The notes below the pieces were generated by a model. That model did no database searches. It saw only the letters and a list, made by a program, of their open reading frames with translations, and was not told the DNA's origin. DNA of 58,989 nt, the filler included, from Dugesia japonica (lineage: Eukaryota), in the NCBI GenBank assembly GCA_001938525.1. It is 5 parts of 5 records of this genome, joined end to end, with 100 filler letters (N's around TTAATTAATTAA, not from the genome) between each part and the next. Parts side by side here need not be neighbours in the genome. Positions count along the whole stretch, not along the records: positions 32,462 to 47,688 come from MQRL01593413.1; positions 47,789 to 58,989 come from MQRL01597940.1; 3 more parts are not named here. One strand, written 5' to 3'. Positions 38,001 through 50,183 of the stretch are shown in pieces. Numbering within the stretch: position 1 is the stretch's first letter; each line of letters opens with the position of its first letter. The translations under genes and the position numbers were made by a program.

Positions 38001-38173
38001 TATTTATTAATATGACAATCTAAAAATGATGGTTGACTTTACTTAATATAAATTTTAATAGTTAATTAGACTTAAACTACGAATCTAATTGATGAAAACG
38101 CAATGAGCAACTTAAGTAATTTATCTAATATTGGAAAATGACAAGAAAGATCAGAAACTCCTAACTTATAACA
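35050..38173 (-). mobile_element. Ty3/Gypsy element (gag, PR, RT, RNase H; integrase missing/gap) with 200-bp 5' LTR and PBS
   Basis: LTR 37974-38173 TGTTA...TAACA followed by TGGTGACCACCC; CWSCKKEGHVRVNC; LLDT; SPWNAP, CLDYRLLN; DTDVS, HLNADALSR. Confidence 0.92.
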
Positions 38174-38225
38174 AGAGAATTTATTAGAACAATCAAACAC
38201 AGTTAGCGGAAAACTTCAGTCATAG

Positions 38226-38660
38226 TTAAGTTTCCCCATCAACTACAGGGTCAGAACTCTCCGAGCTACTGTCATTTTCCGGGTTTCGGATATTCCAGAG
38301 GTGATTATGCATGAATGCACTTAAACCGGAGAAAGGTGGCAACTGTTCTGTATTAACACCAACTACAGAAGAACCTTCCTGCCATTCCCTGATTATCCGC
38401 GGCTCTCCATTCGTATCTATATGTATGGTTGTGACTGCGTGGTATACTGCGCGAGCACGATCGGGACCCTTCCAATCATAAAAGGCCTGACGCTCGGTAG
38501 CATTCAACTGCCTTTCCTCATTTGCTTCTTCAGCCGGCAGGTTGGCCGGTCTGAAAAAACGCCCACATCCCTATTGTAAGGGTTTTTATAACGTTTAAAG
38601 ATGGTTCTGTCTGTTGATTGATCTTAGTGAATCTCCCACTTATATTCCACTGAAGATAAA
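38226..38660 (-). pseudogene. Family X 'FKRYxNPY' gene, copy C
   Basis: EYKWEI..RTIFKRYKNPYNRD..NLPAEE..ERQAFYDWKG..REWQEGSSVVGVNTEQLP..FMHNHLWNIRN. Confidence 0.8.
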
Positions 38661-38699
38661 AAGAAAATAAATAAATAAATAAACGTGGAGAACGAGAAA

Positions 38700-41420
38700 A
38701 ATTAGGAGAAAGATTCGTGCTGCACCAGAAATGGGATCGTTATGAGTATTATTACCATTATTAATATGTAATTATTTTTATTATAATTATTATGAATTTA
38801 TTATAAAAATAGCGAAAAATGAAAATTGGGCTTTGATGATTTGGATTATAAAAATAAAACTTTCGAGAAATAGAACAAGAATGTTTAAAGAAATAATAAA
38901 AATAGTATACACCAAGATAATATTATATTAAAGTGGTCTCTACGACCCTATTTCTTTATTAAACTAACGCGTTAGCGTTTGATATTATTATTATTTTCAC
39001 TAATTAACTCTGGTCCAGTCATTAGTGCTTTATCTGCTGAACACGAAAATAGTAAAAAACCAGTGAATCACGTTCAGGCAAACAAAGACTTATCATAGCA
39101 ACCGGACTAGTCAGAGGTCACATGAGAAGACCAGCCGAAAATAAATCTTCCATCAAATAAAATACTAGTTGATATGCGCCAAATAACTATCAAAACGAGA
39201 AAGAGAGAAAAAGCACAAAATGAGTCGTGGCCGAGTGTCATCCAATCAGAGGTCCAGATTATCAAATACGTGATGATGATTAGTTGGTTAATGAACAGTC
39301 CTAATCTATAGTTGGAGGGGCTGAATAAAAATGAGATACTCAGAGAAAATAACAAAAACTTCATTTTAAAAATATTTTATGTTTTAAACCTGCTATAACG
39401 AAAGTACTTAAAAACCTATTTTTATAACAAGGACGAAATTTTTCACCAAAGGAAAAAACTACGTTTTTTAAAGTAAATTTATTTATTATTAGCAATTACT
39501 ATTTAATGAAACTATAACTTTATACAATCCGAGTGTGTTCGAAAGAAACCGATGATTGGGCTCCCATGAAAATTAATCACAAAACGAGATGTAGTTTAGT
39601 AAAATAAATATCGCATATGAAATTTAACCGAAAAGAATTCGTATAAAATTAAAAGACGGTTCGAGAGAAATGCAGCGGAACAATAAAGTTTGTTAGAGAC
39701 AAATTTAATGATAAAACGAGATGTAGTTCAATGAAATATCGCATATAAAATTTATTCAAGGGGAATTCATATCAAGTTGAAATATGGTTTGAGCACAAGT
39801 AATGCCAGAAATGAAAATCGTCCAAAATTGTAATATCAAAGTCAAATGTGGCACGAGAAATAATTGATATGCAAAAATGGAATATCGTTCTAAAAAATTG
39901 ATATAGAAATTACACATCTTTGAGAGCTCGGTTATCGTACTACATGTTGCCTCTTGTGTTAATGCTATTTTAAATTTGGTTAATAGATTTTGGAGTGTGT
40001 TTTCAACAATTGTATTTTGTGTAAAAGGAAAATATTACGTTTTAATTTGATAATTCTTAAATTTTTTTTATTATTGTCTTATTTAATTTTTAACTTAATA
40101 TTCATAAACTATGTCATAAGGTAAAATTAGATAAGTTTTATTTCAATTAATGTTCTAATAACAATTCAATGCGAATGATAATCATATTTTATATATGCAA
40201 ATGTTTTGTTTGTTATAAATGTTTTTTAACATCTCAGACGAACCAAATTAATAAGAAAAACCTTACTAGAGCTTCGCACTAGCAAGGACGAGCAAGGATT
40301 GCTGCTTTTAGTGGGCATCTTCTCCGGTCCGTGCTATAGAAACGGGGATGAAATAATAGGCCCTAGGCCGAAGAATCGTGAGATGACTATAGTCATTATA
40401 ATCATCCTGTTCATTAAGGAAATGTTCATTCAAAAATGTTTTTACAGATATGAAAATTTTATTTTTTTATTATTATCCGTGAGTTGTTTGAACTGAGAGA
40501 TATCATCCCGATAGAATTAGCTGGACATTAATAAATCATATCTACTGGTGTTGGAATTTTGTTGTTTTATTTGTTGTAGAAACGTGATATGTATGTCGCG
40601 AGCTCGTTTATAACTGTAGACTGCAGAGACAGTAGACGTTAAATGAATCATGAGTAGAGCATGTAATTGATTTAGTCTCTTTTGTGTATTTCATTGAATA
40701 AGCTGGCACAGAGTTTGAGTCGGTTCAAAATATATGATAATTAATAATATTATTTAAAAATGAAAACCACCTTTTTACTTCTCAGACTAAGGTAGTTTTA
40801 TCTTAAACTAACTTTAATGCACAAATCCATCGATGAACCACCCAAAACTAGAGAATTAGTAGCCGCACAGAAAAGATGGGCCGAAGAGCGAAAGGACATT
40901 CTGGGCGAAATCTTACGATGGAAAGGACAAGCAAAAATATCAGCATCCAAGTTTGCCCAGCTAAAGAAAAGGAGTTATCGCTGCAAATGGCAAACAGGCT
41001 CATGGCGGATGTAATAAATATTTACGCCATCCTTGAATCTACCATGTTTACTACACCCCACACGCTATGGGTGGACTACAGGCCCACACCAGTAGAGGCT
41101 GAGGAGAGTTTGCAGTTGGTTTAGATGCGTAAATAAAATACATAGTGCTTGAGGTTGTTACGATTTTTTGTGGAGTTTAATAAAGGTTTTAATCATTTGA
41201 TCGGAGTTGACAAAATTACTGAGCGTAGAAAAAATGTTTGTCCATTAACATCAATTGAGAGTAAGACGCGATACCGCAAAATCGCTCTGGATCTAGGAAA
41301 GAGAGGAGCATGGTACAGAGGTATGATAAATACTTGCGGATTTTAGCTATGTCCCTAGATTATGAATTTATTTCTTAAATGTAGAAGATAGTAGATGAGA
41401 GAGAAAGTTAAACTAAATAA
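38700..41420 (+). mobile_element. Family X cassette copy D
   Basis: Co-linear with reverse complement of copy A: ctctacgaccc, tggtccagtc, ggtcacatgag, RPKN gene, MADVI gene, taagacgcgatac...ccctaga terminal block. Confidence 0.75.
40817..41124 (+). pseudogene. Family X coiled-coil gene, copy D (frameshifted)
   Basis: AQKRWAEE..KFAQLK / EKELSLQMANRLMADVINIYAILESTMF. Confidence 0.78.
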
Positions 41421-41451
41421 AAATAATAATAAATAATAATAAATAATAATA

Positions 41452-41494
<43 letters not shown>

Positions 41495-41574
41495 NNNNNN
41501 NNNNNNNNNNNNNNNNNNNNNNNNNNNNNNNNNNNNNNNNNNNNNNNNNNNNNNNNNNNNNNNNNNNNNNNNNN

Positions 41575-41636
<62 letters not shown>
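41420..41636. repeat. (AAT)n microsatellite spanning a gap
   Basis: Direct reading. Confidence 0.97.
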
Positions 41637-43116
41637 TTTAAAAAGAAATTTTAATAATTTAAAATCATTATTTTTATTAATAATATTATTAATTTTTTTT
41701 GAGGTTTACTTTTTTATTGTTATGAATATTATGCGAGAGGTAGTTTGTTTTATTTATTTATATTGTGGCTGAGCAGTAATAATTAAAATAATAAATTAGA
41801 ATTGAAGAATAGTGTTAATAATCAGAGTATCTATTATATTTTTTAATATATATTTTTTTATTAATTATCAATATTTTTGAAATTGAAAATTTAATTATAA
41901 ATTGCAATAGATATTTTGGCTTTTTTATAGTCGCTCTTTGATTTATTAATAAAATTAATTAAATAATTAATATAAATAACAAATTATGAAAATACAAAAA
42001 TTTCAGGTGATATTTTTATGGAATTTTATAAAATAACTTTTTCTTCGAATGGTCAGAATATCGATCCTCACTTCTGTTACTAATACTCCCGGCCCGAATA
42101 ATTTAGCCTATAATTGATAGATTTTTATTATTTTGTGTAATATATTTTCGTTAAAATTGTTTTATCTATATAATAAATTTGAGTTTTGTAAAATAAAGAG
42201 GGGCAATAGTATTGCAATACCCATTTACGGCACCAACTGTTCAGCATCGAATTTTAAATATTTGAATTTTATTTTGTTCAACAAATATTTAAGAATAAAA
42301 AGGGGTAATTTAATTTCTAATTGTGTAATGAAATAAAATATGGAATTACACCCTTTACTCAAGAGAAAGTCGAATGGATAAGATATGTATATATTTATAT
42401 GAAGAGATGACTCAAAACTACCAAACAAGCATTATAATTTGGATCCTCGAATGAACACATTCGAGCCAATGGAACCAGTACCAAGACGCAAAAAAATTAA
42501 CCTTGAATCAGAAATTTGGAAGTTACGATTCAATAGGAACATCATTTATGATATGAACCTAGACGCTGAACCTGCATCGATACCCAATTATGACGAAAAC
42601 GCGTTAGCATTGGATAATACTACTGAAAGCCTAATAAGCAACAGTGATACAGTGACAAGCGATTCAGATTCGAACAATGAAGGCACAAGCTCGAGTGATG
42701 ATGTGACTGAAATTTATTTTAATAGTTTAAATATTAATGAATATAATTATTTTTTTCAGATCATTAGTAATATATTATGGAATATATTATGCCCGAGAAT
42801 GGAAAAGAAAAACTTCTGCTTCTTCACAAATTGGACTATTTACGTGGCATTGTTCATAATTTAGCGTTTTAAATAGATTTTTACATGCTTTCTTTTCTTA
42901 TAAAAAAAATATTATTTAATACTAGAATAAGAAAACTACTTTTTCAGAAAAATAGTTTTTTTCATTTTTCAATTTTTGAAAAAATATATTTTAATTTATT
43001 AATTCTTTCCATTATGTATTCTTTCTCTTTATTTTTTGCAATCAATTAAATTTGAAATTATAATTTCCATCTGAAAGAAATTTATATTTTAGTTTCCTCT
43101 AAATTTTAGTTACTTT

Positions 43117-43315
43117 AGCCAGGGGGATACTGTTCAGTGGAGATATTTTCTAGGATGAATATTGTCCAAGGGGATACTGTCCATGGGAGATATTGTCTAG
43201 GGTGAATATTGTACAAGGGAATATTGCCCAGGGTTAATATTGTCCAGGGGAGATATTGTCTAGGGTGAATATTGTACAAGGGAATATTGCCCAGGGTGAA
43301 TATTGTCCTGATACC
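43117..43315. repeat. 15-16 bp tandem array ending in GATACC, resembling a MULE-type subterminal repeat/TIR
   Basis: About 12 units of ccaggg(g/t)gaatattgt, with a 61-bp higher-order duplication. Confidence 0.7.
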
Positions 43316-43849
43316 AATTAGCAAGACTGGGAATTCCAGTATTTTTTTATGATCGAGATGATGATATTCAAATTCCTCACACATAATTGATGAAATAACG
43401 ACAAATAATGGTACTTTTTCATCATCATTGTAAGTATGATTTTAGATAGTTAAATTTTTCGATAGTTCGACCGAAGTTGTTAACGAAAATAGTTTAATAA
43501 ATAATTAAATTAACTTCTTGTAATAAAGTTAGAAAATTTAATTGAAAATATTTTTTGATTATAAAAATTTGTAAAATGAATTATTTTCAAAAATTTAATT
43601 CAGAATATTTTTGTTAAACATTAAATATTGTAAATGAATTATTTTTAAAAATTTTATTAAGAATATTTTAAAAAATTTCGGTCAGAATTAAATTAAAATG
43701 TTAGCTTGTTTTAAAAATTTGTTTCAAAAACCAAATTGATATGTTGTGTTTTTATTGTTGTCTTGAATAAATCTCAGTGTTCAATGAATGAAAAGTGTTC
43801 AATTTTTAAATGTAAAAATGAATGTTACAAATTCATATAACAATCATCA

Positions 43850-44340
43850 GCTACAAATGATTTTTCGAAGATGACTTTGGTATGTGCAAGAATTACATCA
43901 CAGAAAACTATGGTGCCAGTAAAAACAAACAAAACTACATATATACAAAAGGAGATGAAATTATACCGGGCGATTGGAAGAATGAAACATACTCTTTAAC
44001 GCATTTATAAGTCATTAATGAAGATCAAAACAACATCAACAGAATCGGAGCGGGTTTTTTCAATTTCTGGCACACTCGTAACACAAAAACTGGTGGGTCA
44101 TCAAACCATTCAATTGGTGTGTTGTGTTTTTTTTTAAAAACTTTGAAGTATAAAACTACGCATAAAAACTTTATTTTTGTTTTTATAACTGCTGTTTTTT
44201 TAATATAAATAATGAATTTAAAATGTAAAATTTGAAAAAAATTTATAATATTTTATAAAAAATCTACGATTAATCCCAGGATTTTATAAATTTTCAATTG
44301 CGAATCCCGGGAGTGAAAAAGTCAGGAAACAGCGCCCACG
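43850..44340 (+). mobile_element. hAT transposon 3' fragment (dimerisation domain and subterminal repeats)
   Basis: KEMKLY..LMKIKTTSTESERVFSISG; aatcccagga / aatcccggga motifs downstream. Confidence 0.85.
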
Positions 44341-45069
44341 AGTTGCGAATGAACTTAAAGTTTTTCATGAAGAAGAATAGTCAATTAATCAAAATAAATG
44401 TATCATTTGTTTGTACACACAAAGCACAAACCAATTAGAGATGGTTGCAGCTTGTGCCAACTCTGTTGAATATATCAAATTATCCGGAAATAGATGAAAG
44501 AGAAGCAAAACTTATCATTATAAATTGAAGCAACAATTATTATTGAAGAAGAAAACAATAAAACGAAAATTAAAAAGTAATAGACTTTATAATTATACGT
44601 TGTGCAAAGATCCAGTGTAAATTTACGTATCATTTTATTTTTATACAATGAATGTAAATTAAAAAACTTATTGTGAATCAATTATACAATTAATCTCAAT
44701 TATTATTTTTTTCTATTTCATTTTTAAACTAACCAAGTATCCTAAATTATTGAAGGTTTAAGAAGAAATATTGGAAATTGAATGAATACCATATAATTAA
44801 GGATGAATTTCGTAGTGTGAAGGTAACCAAAAAAATGATTTACTGCACGATTACCTGATTATGTCTGCCTTCCCTATTTAATATGTATATGTGGTACAAT
44901 TTTAATACTTGCTTAACTTATCATGTCACTTAGTTTGATTCTTTTCAATAATTTTAATTTTATTATTGTTATTATTTTATTAACTTATCTGAATAACTAA
45001 ATCAACAAATTAATTTTAAAAAAAAGCTTTCAGAAACAAAGTTCAGACAATGGCGATGATCTGATTTCA

Positions 45070-46590
45070 TGGGTTTCGATAATTTATCGTTTCCTATTCA
45101 AGAAGGTACTTGGAAGTCTGAAGGTTGTACGTAGCACAACAATGTTTGGAGAATATGGGTCGAAGAAACCTCTCAATATTGCCTACTTAGACTCTGGTAT
45201 ATGGAACCATTTCAATTAGACGTATTACTGGTATTCTTAGACTCGTGGGCATGGAAGTATCTGAAATAAATCTAATCAATAGCATTTATGATGATTGCTC
45301 ATCTTTCTATAACTGCTCTAGTATTGTCACCTAATCTATCGTAATCTTGAGAGGAGTCAGTCAGGGTTGTCCACTATCAATGCTTCTATTCAATATCGGA
45401 CTCAATCCTATTCTTACGAATGCTCTCTTGTCAGAAATACTGGAGCGCGTATCGGAAGTTTTAGAGTTGAATGTTTGTCATATGCTGATGATATTGCCTT
45501 AATTGTTTAAAATCATCAAGATATTCAAAACGTTTGGTCAATACAGCCAACTTTTGGACCAATTAAAGTAGTATATCTCTAAATGCTTCAAAATTCGGAC
45601 ACGTGGCCACATTTGATCGTTCGACGATTATTTATGTCAACAAATTTGCTATTCAAAATATCACCTATATGGATAAGTACAGATATTTAGGTGTCGATAT
45701 TAGCAAAAGACTGAAAGAATCCCCAGACAAGCTTTTAAAAGAGATAATTAATGACTTTGACAAGTTAATAAACTCAATCTTCTTTCCTTGGCAAAAGAAT
45801 GTAGCATTTAAAATCTTCACTTAATCCAGATTTACATTTGTATTCCGGAAATTTAGCCTTCCGAATCGTGAACTTGTTGAAGTTACACAATTACATACAG
45901 AAATAACATGCACATACATATACAAATATTATAAAATACTCAATCAACATGGATCAGAACAATTCAACAGTCCATAAGAAAAGCAACAAGTGATCGATTA
46001 TCATAGACTTTTATTCTTTGATATTTTGATTATTGCAGACTTCATCAAAAATACATATTTAGAGGTATATTCTTGTTATTTATATAAGGCAATTATTACA
46101 CAATATTACCCTGTTTATTATTTTCGATAAATATATTAATTATATAATATTGTATAGTCTTACGAAACAACAATATCAAACACCCTAAAATAAAAACTTA
46201 TTGTTGATCATTTAGTTTCAATTTTCGAACCATAAAATCTCTTTGTTGATTAGAAATACCCAATAAACTTGAAGATTATGGTCATTACGAAGTCAAAAAC
46301 AAGACTTTTAGCAAAGGTATGATGAAAATTTGATAAATATGGAAGAACATCATCAATCCAATATCTTAAAGTATCAAATATTCAAAAATTGCCTGAGCTA
46401 ATTCATAATGGCCTGAGCAAATTCACTGGAAAATTGTCCTTGGCAAATTTGTGGTCGAATGCCTTGGTTCATGGAGAGCGAAGAATGATGATACCCTGAG
46501 ACGTCTTAAAATTCCAAAATCAAAAATTGACAAAATCAAAAGTAGTATGATTATATCAAATGGAGCCAACTAGCATGAAATTCGCATTAC
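45070..46590 (+). mobile_element. Non-LTR retrotransposon (NeSL/Utopia/R2-like) RT and restriction-like endonuclease fragments
   Basis: EGC.H, AYLD, GVSQGCPLSMLLFN, YADDIAL, YRYLGV, PWQK; later FVVECLGSWRAKNDDTLRRLKIP. Confidence 0.88.
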
Positions 46591-47732
46591 ACTATAGGCC
46601 TTGTGGTTGGTGTCCCTTTGACATGGAGCTGATTGATATTAATTAAAAGATGATGGAAGAGATTTCGATAGATTGGGATCTCGTGGCATCCAAAATCAAT
46701 AATGATCATTATAAAGATTCAGTTTTAACATTTGATACGTTAGCTTCAGTTTTCCACTAAGCAAAAAACGATGTCAACGCAAGAAACGATAATTAAAAAC
46801 TGAANTCAGTTACCAAGGGTTGAAGACATNCTCTAAAAANAGTAGTCTTCAATGAGAATATTCCAAAAGAATCACTTGCAACTATGATGATGAATAAAAA
46901 AGAAAGAGCCATTCTTGAGGATGTTCTCTTAGGAAAATTCGTGGAGACGAAAAATCTCACATTTATCAAAGATTATAAATCCATTGTTTCCATCTAAGTA
47001 ACGCGAGTAAAATCACCGTAAGTCATCTCAGATCAATGAATGAATTTTTGAAGGTTTATACGTTGAAAAAGCTAAATGTTGAATCTATTAAAGAAATCAG
47101 AGAATTCTCCAGATCAAAAAACTTTTCTTCAACTAATGAATAAGTTTACAAATTTCTCTTTCCACCATTCAGATAAAACAATTCCATTGGATCTGGCGAC
47201 ATCTTCAAATTATGTTATTTCATCAGAACCAAATGAAAATGGTTTGACTCCTATAGTAGATAAGGTAGCTTTTGCTTATTGGATGCAGGCTATTCTAGGT
47301 AAGTCTAAATCACTTGCAATGTGTCAAGTTTAATGGAGCGCAATACAATGGTTGTGGTTTTGTTATTTTCTTTCTATCAATTTTCTGTTTATTTTATATT
47401 TAATTATTTATATGAATTTTTATCTCTGTGGAGAATTAGTAGGCCCCAAGAGAGTCACCGGAAAAAAATGTGTTGGGACACTTGGGTGTATGCTGTGCTT
47501 AACAATTTGATTATTAAACGATCAATTTATAATAGTTTTAAAGAGAATGTGATGACTGGGGACAATTTCTGTTTATTATAATAATATAAATAGTTATTAA
47601 AATTATTTAAATTAAAGAAAAAAAAATAATAATTATTTAAATAGCTATAAAATTATTTAAATTTAAATAATAAATTATAAACTCCAAANNNNNNNNNNNN
47701 NNNNNNNNNNNNNNNNNNNNNNNNNNNNNNNN

Positions 47733-47744
47733 TTAATTAATTAA
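47733..47744. other. Artificial contig linker
   Basis: TTAATTAATTAA in N run. Confidence 0.97.
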
Positions 47745-48349
47745 NNNNNNNNNNNNNNNNNNNNNNNNNNNNNNNNNNNNNNNNNNNNTTCGCCACCACA
47801 CTTCTCAGAAAAACCATCCATCCAATCTCATAAGTCCTTTGACAATGTATAAACTAAATTCTTGTCCAACAACAACCAAATCTTAAAAACCCCTGAAAAA
47901 TTATTTCCAAGATTTCCAGCTCTCCCTCGAGTTCAAATTCACTCTTTCACACACTCACATACACACAAACTCAACTTGACCTACTTTATAAAAATCCCCT
48001 TAGCAACCAAAGCACACACACGGGCACGAAAAAGAAAGAAAAGCGAAAAGAAAAATAGCACAAAGTGATGAAGAAATTGTGAGGTTGTTGCTACGAAGTG
48101 AAAGGAAGCTAATGTGACAAATAAAGTGCAAGTGAGAATAAAATGAGAACGATAAACTGTGAGTGGAAGTGTAATACAAAACAATCGTAGAAACTAAAAG
48201 GAGAAAGTATTAAAATGCCACAGGATCAAAAAAACTGATCCGATCAAAAAAATTTTGATCCCAAAAATCTTAGAGAAAAAACTACCCAAAAAATCACAGC
48301 ACAATCGTAATGTGTTTCTGAGCCTCCCCCCCTGGGGTGTCCACTCCAA

Positions 48350-49165
48350 ATTGATTCAGTGCTTATGCGCTACTATCCCCCTACTACCATAAATGATAAC
48401 CCTAACCCATTTAGTGATGCTCAGCATACTAGCTGTGATACAGGGGAATCGACTATCAATTATTTAGTTGATCTTCGTCAATGCGGTCTAACGAAACTCA
48501 AAAAAATAAAAATCAATGTAATTGAAGGAAAGCAATTTTCTGAGACCGTATTAGAGATGTTGAAAGACCAGTACTTGTAATACAAGAGAGAACAACCTAA
48601 CCCCGACGTGTATATAACCAATTCTACTGACGAAACTATGAGATTTGTTGGTAAAGGCAACTATAAAGGTTTGTATCTTAGTTCAGAGGATAGAAAGGCA
48701 GCAAAGTCGCAAGTGGTGTTATATGAATACTGTCGAATGCCGTTTGGGTGGAAGAATTGCTCAGCTGCTTTTCAAAGATTCATGGATACAATTCTGAGAG
48801 AGCATCAATGATATTATTAAATGTTCAAAAAATGAAGCAGGCCATGAAGATCATGTACAAAAAGTAACCAACACCATTTATTCTATTGGAGTAGAGATCA
48901 ATGCGGATAAGTGTATTTTTCGATCGCTGCAAGTAGAATTTTTTTGATTCAAGATATCAGAGAGTGGAATCCTTCCTAAAACTGAAACAATCAAAAGCTT
49001 GAGAGAAATGAGCCTTCCAGCCAACTTAAAGAGCTTGCAAAGATTTATCCAGCAATTGAATTATCCAGACAAGTCAAAACAATTTGTGTTAAGAACTGAT
49101 GCATCATTAGAACAATTGGAGCAAGTGGAATCAGAAGGCAAACATACTCCAATAGCATTTTTTTC
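48350..49165 (+). pseudogene. Heavily deleted Gypsy pol fragment (RT, RNase H start)
   Basis: YEYCRMPFGWKNCSAAFQRFMD; INADKC; LQRFI; YPDKSKQFVLRTDAS. Confidence 0.88.
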
Positions 49166-49680
49166 TGTTTTCTCCATTCGCCTCAACTCTCCTTTTTTCT
49201 CTCTTTTTGCGTCCTCTCTCATCGGTTCCCACTGTATCACTCCGTCCTGCTCTGTTCGCCTCGAATCTCCTCAGTTCCCTATTTTTCCTCCACTCTCCTC
49301 TGTTCGCCTCTACTCTCCTCTGTTCACTCCATTTGCCTCCACTCTCCTCTGTTCGCCTCTACTCTCCTCTGTTCGCCTCTACTCTCCTCTGTTTGCCTCT
49401 ACTCTCCTCTGTTCCCTCTATTTGCCTCCACTCTCCTCTGTTCTCTATTTTCGCCTCCTGTTTTCTCTGTTCGCCTCTACTCTCCTCTGTTCAGTCTATT
49501 TGCCTCTACTCTCCTCTGTTCCCTATTTTTCCTCCACTCTCGTATGCTCGCCTCTACTCTCCTCTGTTCCCTATTTTTCCTCCACTCTCTTCTGATCTCT
49601 CTTTTCGCCTCCTGTTTTCTCTGTTCGCCTCTACTCTCCTCTGTTCCATCCATTTGCCTCTACTCTCCTCTGTTCCATCT
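49165..49680. repeat. Pyrimidine-rich minisatellite (about 21/31-bp units)
   Basis: Recurring gcctctactctcctctgttc. Confidence 0.92.
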
Positions 49681-49844
49681 TTATTGAAACTGTCTCACTA
49701 CTTTTGAGAACACACCTTGCGTGTTCTTAATTTGTTCATTCCAAAAGCGAAGAAGTCCGGTGAAAAAGTGGCGACAAAATCACAAAAACCGTTTTTCACC
49801 GTTCTTCTTTAATATTTGAATAATTAGAAGTTGTCTAATACCAG

Positions 49845-49910
49845 GAAGAAAAGGAAACTCTGTCATACACCGTATTCATCAGACCTTGCTCCAATGGACT
49901 ATCATTTCGT
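49845..49910 (+). pseudogene. Mariner transposase fragment
   Basis: HTPYSSDLAPMDYHF (YSPDLAPxD motif). Confidence 0.75.
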
Positions 49911-50183
49911 CAGAGAAATGTTGGATCCAACAAAATACAACACAATACTGTACAAATCAATCAAAATAATCGAAATCAGTGAAAATTTGGTGATAAACAC
50001 AAAAATAAAGTTTTACAAAGATGAAGCAAATAAAAAAAACAGTGATAATTTTAGTGAAAACAGTTAATTTAGATTATTCATAAAATTATAATTATTTAAA
50101 TTGAAAACATAATTTAGAATTTGCAATCAATATTTTTAATAAATTAACAGAGATTATATAAAATAAATTAGATAAATACTCAC

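Larger units (their letters stand above)
34289..38700 (-). mobile_element. Family X cassette copy C, split by a Gypsy insertion
   Basis: Terminal 34289-34500 matches 5345-5500; gene order FKRY then MADIIK as in copy B. Confidence 0.65.

Noticed and set aside
42050-42864. Possible transposase or host exons before the 15-bp array
   Set aside because: No recognisable motif; fragments too decayed to assign
43115-43384. Repeat-containing ORF or CRISPR-like array
   Set aside because: Contiguous 15-16 bp tandem units with no unique spacers; eukaryotic context, no cas genes
48999-49707. Leu/Ser/Pro-rich ORFs
   Set aside because: Read-through of a stop-free pyrimidine minisatellite
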